Positions 28,144 through 36,255 of a DNA stretch of 39,249 nucleotides are shown piece by piece (position 1 is the stretch's first letter; every line of letters begins with the position of its first letter). The notes below the pieces were generated by a model, which saw only the letters and a list, made by a program, of their open reading frames with translations, was not told the DNA's origin and made no database searches. Position numbers and translations under genes: made by a program. Origin of the DNA: Firmicutes bacterium UBA5473. Lineage in GTDB: Bacteria > Bacillota > DTU084. The stretch spans positions 7,293 to 46,541 of the forward strand of contig DIQB01000043.1 in the NCBI GenBank assembly GCA_002427165.1, written 5' to 3'.

Positions 28144-28316
28144 CGGAAAGACAAAAAAATGCCAAGCACACCCCTCAATTAACCCAGAGCCAAAACCCTT
28201 CTATACCCCCTCTTCAGGACAAAAGTAGCCCTGCCCTCTGGAAGGGCGCCTCACCAGAGCCATGAGGCGCCAAAACTTTGGATTCCCAGACGGGAAGGGC
28301 TTTGCATAAATAAATA

Positions 28317-28356
28317 CTGCTCGCTCCGTACCACCTAACTCAAGGTAGGGGAGCAG
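28317..28356 (-). terminator. Probable terminator after ahcY
   Basis: On the minus strand the stem CTGCTC/GAGCAG encloses an inner ACCT/AGGT helix and is followed by TATTTATTTAT. It starts 12 nt past the stop. Confidence 0.5.
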
Positions 28357-28367
28357 GTGGAGGACTC

Positions 28368-29621
28368 TCATGTTCCTAGCTGCCAGGAGGAGAGATATCT
28401 TTTCTGCTCTGCAGTTAAGGTATCAATGGTAAGACCCATGCTCTCTAGTTTCAGCCTGGCGATGCGGCTGTCCAGCTCCTCAGGCACAGCTAGCACCCCA
28501 GGTGCAATTTTTTCAGGATTAGTGTAGAGCCAGTGGGCAGAGAGTGCTTGATTGGCAAAGCTCATATCCATCACAACTGCAGGGTGCCCCTCGGCACCGG
28601 AAAGATTCACCAGCCTCCCCTGAGAGAGGAGATAAATTCTGCGATCTCCTAGGGTATACTCATCAACGCCCCCCCGCACCTCCCGGACAGCTGAGGCGAG
28701 CTCACTGAGGGCTTTGGTATTGATCTCCACATCAAAGTGGCCACTGTTTGCTAAAATCGCGCCATCTCGCATCTTTGGAAAGTGATGAGCGTCAATTACA
28801 TTGATATCTCCGGTAACAGTCACAAAAACCTCGCCTATTGGGGCAGCTTCACTCATCGGCATTACCCTGTAGCCATCCATCACAGCCTCCAGAGCCTTTA
28901 GAGGATCCACCTCAGTGACGATCACATTCGCTCCCATGCCGCGGGCTCTTAGAGCCAGGCCCTTGCCACAATAGCCATAACCTGCCACCACAAAGATCTT
29001 CCCTGCTAGAAGATGATTTGTCAGGCGCAAGATGCCGTCAATTGTAGACTGGCCTGTGCCATAGCGGTTATCGAAAAGATGCTTGGTGTAGGCATCGTTC
29101 ACTGCCACAATTGGATATTTAAGCTCGCCATCCTGGGCCATGGCCCGCAGACGAATGACGCCTGTGGTTGTCTCCTCGGTACCGCCTAGCATGGCCGCTG
29201 CTTGCTTGGGAAAGCGACTGTGGAGAGTCGAGACCAGATCCGCACCATCATCCATGGTAAGTTGGGGCTCTATAGCCAGCACCTGCTCGAGGTGCTGGTA
29301 GTATGTATCCCGATCCTCGCCCCGGATAGCATAGGTAGCGATCCCATAGACCTCGCCTAGAGCCGCTGCCACATCATCCTGGGTGCTGAGTGGATTGGAA
29401 GCGCAGAGGGCAACCTGGGCCCCAGCATTTGCCAGCACACGCATTAGGTTCGCAGTCTCTGTGGTCACGTGGAGGCAGGCGGCAATTTTAAGGCCCTCAA
29501 GGGGCTTTGTTTGCTCCCACTGCCGATTGATCTCCTCGAGAACACGCATCTGCTGCTGAGCCCATTCAATCCGCCTTACCCCCTCTGGAGCCAAGGCGGG
29601 ATCTAGGTAATGTCCGTGCAT
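28368..29621 (-). CDS. ahcY: Adenosylhomocysteinase
   Basis: I chose the start at [11 protein letters not shown]. Its ATG overlaps the mtnP stop by 1 nt (TAATG), and GGGGAG lies upstream. It has the NAD motif [10 protein letters not shown] and conserved HFDVEI and SFANQ segments. Confidence 0.95.
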   Translation of the reverse strand: MHGHYLDPALAPEGVRRIEWAQQQMRVLEEINRQWEQTKPLEGLKIAACLHVTTETANLMRVLANAGAQVALCASNPLSTQDDVAAALGEVYGIATYAIRGEDRDTYYQHLEQVLAIEPQLTMDDGADLVSTLHSRFPKQAAAMLGGTEETTTGVIRLRAMAQDGELKYPIVAVNDAYTKHLFDNRYGTGQSTIDGILRLTNHLLAGKIFVVAGYGYCGKGLALRARGMGANVIVTEVDPLKALEAVMDGYRVMPMSEAAPIGEVFVTVTGDINVIDAHHFPKMRDGAILANSGHFDVEINTKALSELASAVREVRGGVDEYTLGDRRIYLLSQGRLVNLSGAEGHPAVVMDMSFANQALSAHWLYTNPEKIAPGVLAVPEELDSRIARLKLESMGLTIDTLTAEQKRYLSSWQLGT

Positions 29622-30424
29622 TAGCTCTCCCCCCTGGCTGTTTTTAGGGCAGAGGCACAGCTGCAATCCTGCTTTTGCGGCAACTTTGCAATTGCCCGAA
29701 AAAGCAGGGCCCGGAGCTTTTCAATATTTTGCTGGAAAACCTCCATCACAGCCTCGTGGCTTACAGGTTCTAAATTAGGCTCCCCTTCCAAACCCACATC
29801 ATAATCTGTGATCAGGGAAATATTAGCATAGCACATTTCCAGTTCCCGGGCCAAGATCGCCTCTGGATACTGGGTCATATTGATTACCTGCCAGCCGTGG
29901 CTCCGGAACTCTGCGCTTTCAGCCCTAGTTGAAAAGCGCGGCCCATTGACCACCACCACTGTGCCCTGGCTATGGCAGGGGATCTCCAGCTCCTTGGCGC
30001 TTGCGATAGCCAGCTGCCGCAACTGAGGACAATATGGATCCGAAGCCCCAATATGGGTGGTGATGGGGCCGTCGAAAAAAGTATCACGTCTACCCCAGGT
30101 ACGATTGGCAAACTGATCGCAAATCACAAAATCACCGGGCTTCATTTTGGGCTCAAGGCTGCCTGCAGCGCAGGGGCCAAACACCCACTTCACACCCAAT
30201 TGCTTCATGGCAGCGAGATTAGCCCTGTAATTAATCATATGAGGCGGCAGCTGATGATCCTTGCCATGGCGGGGCAAGAACGCCACCTTGCGGCCTGCAA
30301 TTGTGGTGAGGATCAACTTATCGCTAGGAGCGCCATAGGGTGTTTCGATGGCAACTTCCTTGCATTCCCCTTCAGCGAAAGTATAAAAACCTGAACCGCC
30401 AAAAATTCCAACTTCTGCTTGCAT
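29621..30424 (-). CDS. mtnP: S-methyl-5'-thioadenosine phosphorylase
   Basis: I chose the start at [14 protein letters not shown], with GAGGAGG 7 nt upstream. The PNP/MTAP motifs FLPRHG and INMTQYPE are present. Confidence 0.9.
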   Translation of the reverse strand: MQAEVGIFGGSGFYTFAEGECKEVAIETPYGAPSDKLILTTIAGRKVAFLPRHGKDHQLPPHMINYRANLAAMKQLGVKWVFGPCAAGSLEPKMKPGDFVICDQFANRTWGRRDTFFDGPITTHIGASDPYCPQLRQLAIASAKELEIPCHSQGTVVVVNGPRFSTRAESAEFRSHGWQVINMTQYPEAILARELEMCYANISLITDYDVGLEGEPNLEPVSHEAVMEVFQQNIEKLRALLFRAIAKLPQKQDCSCASALKTARGES

Positions 30425-30490
30425 CTGTCTTCCTCCTCGCAAATAGTGTACCCCTTTTTAGATTCGCCCCCTGCCAGTTCTTTCCTGCTT

Positions 30491-31402
30491 TTAAGCAATT
30501 AGCGCGATGATCAAAGGTAGAGTAATAGCAGATAGCATCGTGGTCAGGAGAGTGCTAGCCGAGGCCAATTCCACATCCCCATCCACTTGCGCAGCGATTA
30601 CTGTAATCATAGACGAGCCGGGCATGGCAGTGATCACCGTTGCCACCTGAACTAAGAGCTGTGGCAGTGCAAACTGGCTCAAGAGGTAAAAAACACCTAC
30701 TGGCACCGCGATCAGCCGCAAAAAAGAGAGGGTTAAAAGCAAGACCCATTGGCGTTTATTTGCCCCTGTAAAACGCAGCTGCGATCCCACCACCAGCATG
30801 GCCAAGGGGATAGTGGCAGCTCCCAGCTGCCCTAAAATCGTAGACAAAAAGCTTGGCAGTTGCCAATGAAATCCAAAGAAAAATAGACCCACAATAGCAG
30901 CAAGGCCAGGTGGGCTCAGTAGCTTTCGCCAGTCGCCGAGGCCATCTCGGGAAAGGAGCCAAAGGCCTACTGTCCAAAGTAAAAATTCATGGGAGAGATT
31001 AAAAAGGGCCCCTAAAAACGCGCCGTGCTCTCCCCAGAGGGCGAAACAAACTGGCAGGCCCATAAAGCCAGCATTGCCAAAGGTCATTTGAAAGGTAAAT
31101 ACAGCCCGCTCACCATGGCTCCAGTGGATGAGCTTGCCAAGGGCTTGTCCAAGAAAAAAGCTCCCCAAACGCAGAAAAAGCCCTAGGAAAACAGCGATAA
31201 TCCCTGTTCTGAGGGCACCTGTGCTGGGGGGCATATTTGTTGATGTCAGCACCAGAGCAGGAAGGGTGAAATAGATCAGGATATTGACTAGGGTTTTCTG
31301 CCCTCCCTCTGTGATGAGTCCTTTCTTTTTGCCTAGGACTCCGAGAAAAATTAAGATTAACAATGATGCGATTTGCTGAAAAGAGACAAGATAACTTGTC
31401 AT
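30491..31402 (-). CDS. AEC (auxin efflux carrier) family transporter
   Basis: I chose the start at MTSYLVSFQQ (ATG 31400-31402), with GGGGAG upstream. About 10 hydrophobic helices are present, with the typical AEC two-domain layout. Confidence 0.8.
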   Translation of the reverse strand: MTSYLVSFQQIASLLILIFLGVLGKKKGLITEGGQKTLVNILIYFTLPALVLTSTNMPPSTGALRTGIIAVFLGLFLRLGSFFLGQALGKLIHWSHGERAVFTFQMTFGNAGFMGLPVCFALWGEHGAFLGALFNLSHEFLLWTVGLWLLSRDGLGDWRKLLSPPGLAAIVGLFFFGFHWQLPSFLSTILGQLGAATIPLAMLVVGSQLRFTGANKRQWVLLLTLSFLRLIAVPVGVFYLLSQFALPQLLVQVATVITAMPGSSMITVIAAQVDGDVELASASTLLTTMLSAITLPLIIALIA

Positions 31403-31415
31403 AGCTTCACTCCCC

Positions 31416-31439
31416 AAAAAAAATAGGAGCAAATGCTCC
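31416..31439 (-). terminator. Hairpin plus T8 between the Spo0E-like ORF and the AEC transporter gene
   Basis: On the minus strand GGAGC-ATTT-GCTCC is followed by TATTTTTTTT. The AEC gene RBS follows immediately. Confidence 0.55.
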
Positions 31440-31455
31440 AAAGTCAAAATTGTGT

Positions 31456-31638
31456 TTAGCTGCGCTCTTGTTGAGACGACTTAGGAAAAACTGCGGCCAG
31501 AAGCTCGTCCATTTTACCGTCTATACTGCCGAGCTGCTCCGTGTGAAGGCAGTTTGGCGCCTTAATGTTCAGGTCACAAATCCGTTGACGGAGCTTGTCA
31601 AGCTCTTTTTCTGCCTCCGCCAAATCTAATTTTTTCAT
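31456..31638 (-). CDS. Small helical protein, possibly Spo0E-family aspartyl-phosphate phosphatase
   Basis: 60 aa. ELDKLRQRICDL...LGSIDGKMDELL resembles the two-helix Spo0E pattern. Caveat: the only strong SD (GAGGAG) lies about 16 nt from the ATG. Confidence 0.4.
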   Translation of the reverse strand: MKKLDLAEAEKELDKLRQRICDLNIKAPNCLHTEQLGSIDGKMDELLAAVFPKSSQQERS

Positions 31639-31683
31639 AATCCAGTTACTCTCGCTCCTCTCTACCCTTCCTTAAAAGAACTT

Positions 31684-31711
31684 CTTATAGTTTCGCCATC
31701 ATTCCTGTAAA
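31684..31711 (-). promoter_or_regulatory. Candidate promoter upstream of the Spo0E-like ORF
   Basis: On the minus strand TTTACA, a 16-nt spacer and TATAAG are present. The -35 context ATTTACAGG is shared with the 32529 repeat. Confidence 0.4.
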
Positions 31712-31769
31712 TCCTTCCCAAATAAATACAATTTACAATACCGTAACAAAACGCCACCAAGCTACAAGT

Positions 31770-32450
31770 TTACAGGGCGCTGCATTTCAAAGGCAGGTAA
31801 AGATCCTTGCGTTTGCGAACCTTTTGCGGAACCTGAGGGCTCAAAAGAGAACCATACTCATCGATGATCCGCTTCACCTTCACCTTCACCCGAGTCCGGG
31901 CGTTATCCACAACTTTAGCCTCTACACCTAAAGTGAATTCGATCTCACTTGAAGAGTAACCTGCCATGATTAAATTCACCACTGCATATTCTAACAAAGA
32001 CAGATGGTTATGCAGTACCTGATTGATCTTTTCCTGAGCAAAGCGATCCTCGGCAATCCATTGGGGATCAACCTCCTCACCCTCCACCAGATCCATCACC
32101 GTCCTGGTCTCTTCTTGATTCACAAAGCTATAGAGGGAAATGGCATCGTTGAGTAGCTTGTGCTTGTTGCCAGTGGTGAGCTTAATTATGTTATAGATCT
32201 TCCGCAAAATGCACAGATAGGCAAAGGAACTAAATTTCACCTGATATTTTTGGGGATTGTATTCTTGAATTGCTGCCAGAAAGCCAATGATCCCCTCCTG
32301 AATTAAATCGTCGTGATCCATAAAGCTGGCATAGTGCTTGCGCACAATGTATTTAATCAGTGGCAAATACCTCTGAATCAGCTCCTCCTTTGCAGCTGGA
32401 TCCTGTTGTTTTCCCCTATTTATCAATTCCAACTCGCTGGGCTCATGCAT
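31770..32450 (-). CDS. Sigma-70 family RNA polymerase sigma factor, SigH-like paralog
   Basis: 226 aa. Region 2 reads DDLIQEGIIGFLAAIQEY...FSSFAYLCILRKIYNIIK. The segment TTGNKHKLLNDAISL parallels B. subtilis SigH TATRQKHIPLNSYASL. Region 4 reads LSLLEYAVVNLIMAGYSSSEIE...VDNARTRVKVKVKR. Confidence 0.8.
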   Translation of the reverse strand: MHEPSELELINRGKQQDPAAKEELIQRYLPLIKYIVRKHYASFMDHDDLIQEGIIGFLAAIQEYNPQKYQVKFSSFAYLCILRKIYNIIKLTTGNKHKLLNDAISLYSFVNQEETRTVMDLVEGEEVDPQWIAEDRFAQEKINQVLHNHLSLLEYAVVNLIMAGYSSSEIEFTLGVEAKVVDNARTRVKVKVKRIIDEYGSLLSPQVPQKVRKRKDLYLPLKCSAL

Positions 32451-32528
32451 GCTAGCTACCCCCCCAGGCTTGTTCTTATTTAATATATATGGGAGGGGAA
32501 GGAAAAATATTACCTTTTTGGCCTATTT

Positions 32529-32585
32529 ACAGGTTTCGGGTAGATAAAACCTTGATTTATCAAGCAAATTGACAGGTTTCGGGTA
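32529..32585 (+). repeat. Two 14-bp direct repeats ACAGGTTTCGGGTA flanking the palindrome CTTGAT-TT-ATCAAG
   Basis: The exact copies are at 32529-32542 and 32572-32585, 43 bp start to start. The perfect 6-2-6 palindrome is at 32551-32564. All lie in the sigma / LexA-like divergent intergenic region. Confidence 0.85.
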
Positions 32586-32649
32586 AAGGTATTTGAAAAA
32601 CAGTCCCTAAAATTAATAGTAGATCAATCTTCTTGAGGAGGGCGAAACT

Positions 32650-33270
32650 TTGAGCCCATACAAACGCGTTGATACCACAGAACAGCTAGAGCGCATTGCC
32701 CAGGCAATTCGCATTAACCCCGAGATTACCGTGGGGGAGCTGAAGGATCTTCTGGGCTATGCCCAAGAAAAATCCATTTACTATTGGCTCAAAAAAAGCC
32801 CCTACAAAGGCATTCGCAAATTTAGACAGGCAGTGCTAACAGGTCAATACAACCCCGGCTACCCTTTCCCAGCAGAACACTTAAGCCAAAGTGCAGAGAC
32901 ACCGCCCCGTGGCGTGCCTCTGGCCACAGGTTTCTCACCCCAAGGCCAGGTGGAGACAGAAGGACAGCTGGTGCCAGTTTTTGCGGATTATTCAGCTAAA
33001 TCTTTTGCTTATCGGTTAAAAAGCAACGATTACTTCCCCACTTTTTCCCGAGGTGACCTACTGATTGTCGACCCTCAAGCAAAACCCAGCCAAGGCAGCT
33101 TTGTTTTTGTCCTAACTGAGGAAGAGCCCCAAATCCATCGCTTCTACCCCGGCACACCCACGCTCCTGGTGCATCCTGTTATTCCTAACTGCGTGAAGAC
33201 CATCTCAACCCCAGATGAGGAGCTCTCTTTGCTAGGATCGGTAGTGCAGCTCGTGAGGACTTTTATTTAA
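32650..33270 (+). CDS. LexA/S24-like regulator with a degenerate catalytic dyad
   Basis: 206 aa. The start is TTG, 6 nt after GAGGAGGG. The N-terminus is wHTH-like. The C-terminus aligns with the LexA S24 domain (VPLATGF...RGDLLIVDP...IHRFY...LLGSVVQLVR). LexA VKRFY reads IHRFY here, and the GDSM Ser region reads KSNDY. Confidence 0.6.
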   Translation: MSPYKRVDTTEQLERIAQAIRINPEITVGELKDLLGYAQEKSIYYWLKKSPYKGIRKFRQAVLTGQYNPGYPFPAEHLSQSAETPPRGVPLATGFSPQGQVETEGQLVPVFADYSAKSFAYRLKSNDYFPTFSRGDLLIVDPQAKPSQGSFVFVLTEEEPQIHRFYPGTPTLLVHPVIPNCVKTISTPDEELSLLGSVVQLVRTFI

Positions 33271-34181
33271 TCCAAACCCAACTCTTGGGCCATGGCCAGA
33301 AGCTTGCGCAAGCGATGGTTAACGCCACTTTTGCCCAGGGGAGGATTCATCCTCTGTCCAAGCTCCCGGAAACTTGCCTCAGGCATGGCGATCCTAAGCT
33401 TGGCCACAGCCAACAGGTGTGGCGGCAGCTTCACCCCATGTGCCAAGAGCCTAGAGCATGCTACCGCTTGCCTGAGGCCCGCTTCCACTGTTTTGGAAAG
33501 ATTGGCTGTCTCGCAATTCACAAGCCTGTTGGCCTGGTTCCGTACCCCCCGCACCAGCCTTGTGTTTTCCATAGCTAAAGCTCCACCATGGGCCCCTGTC
33601 AAGATTAAGAATTTGCTAATCTCAGCTGCATCCTTCAGATAAACTAGGTAAGTATCCTTCCGCTGTCCCACCTTGCTCCTAATTCCCAATCCTCTCAAAA
33701 GCTTGCATAGATCTTCGGCAAAGGTAATCTCCTGACAGATAAATTCCAGGTGATAACTGCGATCTGGATCCGAAAAAGAACCCCTGCCTAAAAACACGCC
33801 CCGAAGATAGGCGATAGCACAAGGGCGGCTCTCGACCAGCTGCTTGGGAATGCCAAAGGTCAATTTCTCCTCCCAAAAACCCAGATCCTGTAGTAGTGCC
33901 ATCCCTTTGGGGGTGGCAAAACGAATCAGGTATTCATGACCACGCCGCAGCCCTGTCTGGGGTGAAGCCAAAATCGTGGGCCGCACCTGATACAACTCCC
34001 GAAAAAGGCTCACGGCCTTGCGGGCCACAGCTGCCCAGTAGGTCACCAGGACCACGCTCATCCCCCCTGCCCCCTGAAGCTCCACCATGCCTGCAGCCTT
34101 GAGCAGGCCAGCTAGCTCTGCCCTTTGGCAAGCCTGACCCTGGGGAAAAACCCGGGCCAGTTCAGAGCGAACATCTAGCAT
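33267..34181 (-). CDS. whiA: DNA-binding protein WhiA
   Basis: I chose the start at MLDVRSELARV (ATGCTAG overlap with the upstream stop). The LAGLIDADG-like core is AIAYLRGVFLGRGSFSDPDRSYHLEF. The C-terminal HTH is NRLVNCETANL...FRELGQRMNPPLGKSGVNHRLRKL. Confidence 0.9.
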   Translation of the reverse strand: MLDVRSELARVFPQGQACQRAELAGLLKAAGMVELQGAGGMSVVLVTYWAAVARKAVSLFRELYQVRPTILASPQTGLRRGHEYLIRFATPKGMALLQDLGFWEEKLTFGIPKQLVESRPCAIAYLRGVFLGRGSFSDPDRSYHLEFICQEITFAEDLCKLLRGLGIRSKVGQRKDTYLVYLKDAAEISKFLILTGAHGGALAMENTRLVRGVRNQANRLVNCETANLSKTVEAGLRQAVACSRLLAHGVKLPPHLLAVAKLRIAMPEASFRELGQRMNPPLGKSGVNHRLRKLLAMAQELGLD

Positions 34182-34690
34182 CTCCCACGCCTCCCCTCTA
34201 GCCTGCACAGCTGATAGGCCAAATACGCCACAACCATCCCTGTGGGGATGGCAGCACCTGCCAGCAGGACTAAGTAATAACTAAACCCAGAAAAACTTGC
34301 CAGCAAACTATATGTTAACAGTTGAGCCCAGTTATGGCTCATAGCTCCAGCTATGCTGAGGCCTAAAAAACCAAACTTTGGTTTTTGCACTCTAGCCAAA
34401 AGACCCATCACCATAAGGCTAGCCATAGCTCCAGCCAGACTCAGCCAAAAGGCGGTTGTGCCAAAGGTGGCAGTGAGAAAAGAGCCCAAAAGCACCCGCA
34501 ATATGGAGATTGCCAAAGACGAGCTGACCCCATATAGCTCCAATGCAGCCAATGTCACCACATTGGCTAGGCCCAAACGCACTCCCACAAGGGGCAGGGG
34601 CGGAATAAGGATAGCTTCTATTAAATGGAAAACAAGAGCCAGAGCTAGAAAAAAAGCCATCTTCGTTAGTTTCTCAGTGGGTGAGGGCAT
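34175..34690 (-). CDS. Gx transporter family membrane protein (heptaprenyl diphosphate synthase component I-like fold)
   Basis: 171 aa with about five TM helices. The segment LANVVTLAALELYG is typical. It is paired with a NusG-II gene, as is usual for this family. Confidence 0.65.
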   Translation of the reverse strand: MPSPTEKLTKMAFFLALALVFHLIEAILIPPLPLVGVRLGLANVVTLAALELYGVSSSLAISILRVLLGSFLTATFGTTAFWLSLAGAMASLMVMGLLARVQKPKFGFLGLSIAGAMSHNWAQLLTYSLLASFSGFSYYLVLLAGAAIPTGMVVAYLAYQLCRLEGRRGRC

Positions 34691-35060
34691 GGTATTTCCC
34701 CTTCCCTAAAATGCGAACTACCACGTGGTTGGGAGCACAAATCAAGGCCTGTCCCCCAGATCTGATCTTCCCCCAGTTCACGCAAGTATGATCTGGGCAA
34801 GGCGAGGAGAGAATCTGTGCCCTGCCGCCACCAACTACAACTTTGGTTTTACCCAAAGGCCCCTCCACCTCCACGAGCTCCTCGGGCCCGAACAGAGGCA
34901 GCTGCCAGCTTGCCCCGGGCCCTTCGATAACCACCAGCTCCCCCCTTTGCCGGCCCCCAGCCAATCCCAGGAGCATAAGACAGAGAAGAACCACAAGCCA
35001 TAGGTCCTCTTTAGTATAAAAATCCCGCAGTGGGGCACAATTTTTCTGAGTCTTAAACAA
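34674..35060 (-). CDS. NusG domain II-containing (DUF1312-like) membrane-anchored protein
   Basis: 128 aa. An N-terminal TM anchor is followed by a beta-rich domain with SSPCPDHTC...ICAPN. The start is TTG, 9 nt after GGAGG. Confidence 0.6.
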   Translation of the reverse strand: MFKTQKNCAPLRDFYTKEDLWLVVLLCLMLLGLAGGRQRGELVVIEGPGASWQLPLFGPEELVEVEGPLGKTKVVVGGGRAQILSSPCPDHTCVNWGKIRSGGQALICAPNHVVVRILGKGKYHALTH

Positions 35061-35065
35061 AGGAT

Positions 35066-35518
35066 GTGATCCTCCTGCCTGTAAAATTGCTTCCCATTCT
35101 CATCGCTGCCATCGCTGGTATCACCATGGCGGTGCAGGGTACTTTAAACTCCCTTTTAAGCAAAGCCGTGGGGCTGTTGGAAACCACTTTCTGGGTGCAA
35201 CTGGTTGGGGCTATTGCATCAGCTATTTTATTGTTTGTGCTGCGGCTGGGCAACGGCAACCTCCTAGAACTGGGAAAAGCTCCCTGGTACTCCCTGGTGG
35301 GGGGACTTTTGGGTGTGGTGATCACCTTCTTTGTGGCAAGCAGCATTTCCCGCGTTGGCGCCACAGCTGCCACCACAGCCATTATTGTAGGACAGGTTAC
35401 AACTGCAGGCCTTTTGGATCACTTTGGCCTCTTTGGCCTCAAAAGTTGCGCTTTCACCATTACCGATGGGGTGGGAATCGTCTTACTTGCCATCGGTGCC
35501 CGACTACTCCTCCGCTAG
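35066..35518 (+). CDS. DMT-superfamily small membrane transporter (YdcZ/DUF606-like)
   Basis: 150 aa with five hydrophobic helices. MAVQGTLNSLL resembles the conserved (A/V)xN motif of the family. The start codon is uncertain: GTG 35066 has poor SD spacing. Confidence 0.65.
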   Translation: MILLPVKLLPILIAAIAGITMAVQGTLNSLLSKAVGLLETTFWVQLVGAIASAILLFVLRLGNGNLLELGKAPWYSLVGGLLGVVITFFVASSISRVGATAATTAIIVGQVTTAGLLDHFGLFGLKSCAFTITDGVGIVLLAIGARLLLR

Positions 35519-35591
35519 TATACCACAGCTCAGAGGGCAAATAAAGGAGTTGCCACCTGTTTGTCGAACAGTTCTCATGAGGTGGCAAAAG

Positions 35592-36251
35592 ATGTTAAAT
35601 AATTTCTATCTTGACTCCCACAAACTTCAGGAGGCACTCCTGGAGGCAAAGCAATGTCCCATCTGCCAGATTATTGAGGATGCCCTCAGCTGGCACATGG
35701 AAAGTTTTTTAAGCGAGCACGTAAATGATGTAAAAATCCGCGCCCTCTGGCGTGAGGCAGAGGGACTTTGTCCTGGGCACACGCGCCTACTAGAGGGCAA
35801 TGGGCCTCCCCTGCCCAGGGCAATCCTCTACCATGATCTAATCTCAAGCCTCATCCCCACTCCCCCCAAGGGAAGGTGGCAGAAAAAAAAGCGCAGTCAA
35901 AACAACTGTCCCATCTGCGCTCAGGTGGTCCAGATTGAAGACGGCTACCTAGGGCTCCTAGCCGAGGGCCTAGGCAAAGGCAGTTTTCTGGAGCTCCTGG
36001 AAAATAGCCACGCGTTTTGTCTGCACCATTGGCGAGCCTTTCTCGCCTTGAGCAAACCCGGAACTGCCCAGGATTTTTTTCAGGAAAAGCAACTTGCGAA
36101 AACAGAAAAAACATTGGGGGATCTCTCGGAATTTATTCGCAAACATGATTGGCGCTATCAGGATGAAACCCTCACCCCTTCCGAGGCGGAAAGTCCAAAG
36201 AGCGGAGCCGTTTTTTTAGCAGGCTCCATTTGGCTAGGAAGACAGGGATAA
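35592..36251 (+). CDS. Uncharacterised Cys/His-rich protein with two CPIC...C(x2)H modules
   Basis: I chose the start ATG at 35592 (MLNNFYLDS), 6 nt after GAGGTGG. The track start at 35424 overlaps the DMT gene. The motifs are CPICQ(x47)CPGH and CPICAQ(x38)CLHH. The next gene starts 4 nt later. Confidence 0.6.
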   Translation: MLNNFYLDSHKLQEALLEAKQCPICQIIEDALSWHMESFLSEHVNDVKIRALWREAEGLCPGHTRLLEGNGPPLPRAILYHDLISSLIPTPPKGRWQKKKRSQNNCPICAQVVQIEDGYLGLLAEGLGKGSFLELLENSHAFCLHHWRAFLALSKPGTAQDFFQEKQLAKTEKTLGDLSEFIRKHDWRYQDETLTPSEAESPKSGAVFLAGSIWLGRQG

Positions 36252-36255
36252 GATT

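Noticed and set aside
31456-31770. Possibility that the Spo0E-like ORF region is really a SAM/SAH riboswitch leader for the downstream mtnP-ahcY block
   Set aside because: I found no S-box core (…AGAGGTGGAGGGAC…GGTGC…) or other recognisable aptamer motif. The ORF has a coherent helical protein sequence.
35424-35591. Upstream 56 codons of the 275-aa ORF
   Set aside because: They overlap the 3' end of the DMT transporter gene in another frame and have no RBS. The ATG at 35592 follows GAGGTGG by 6 nt.
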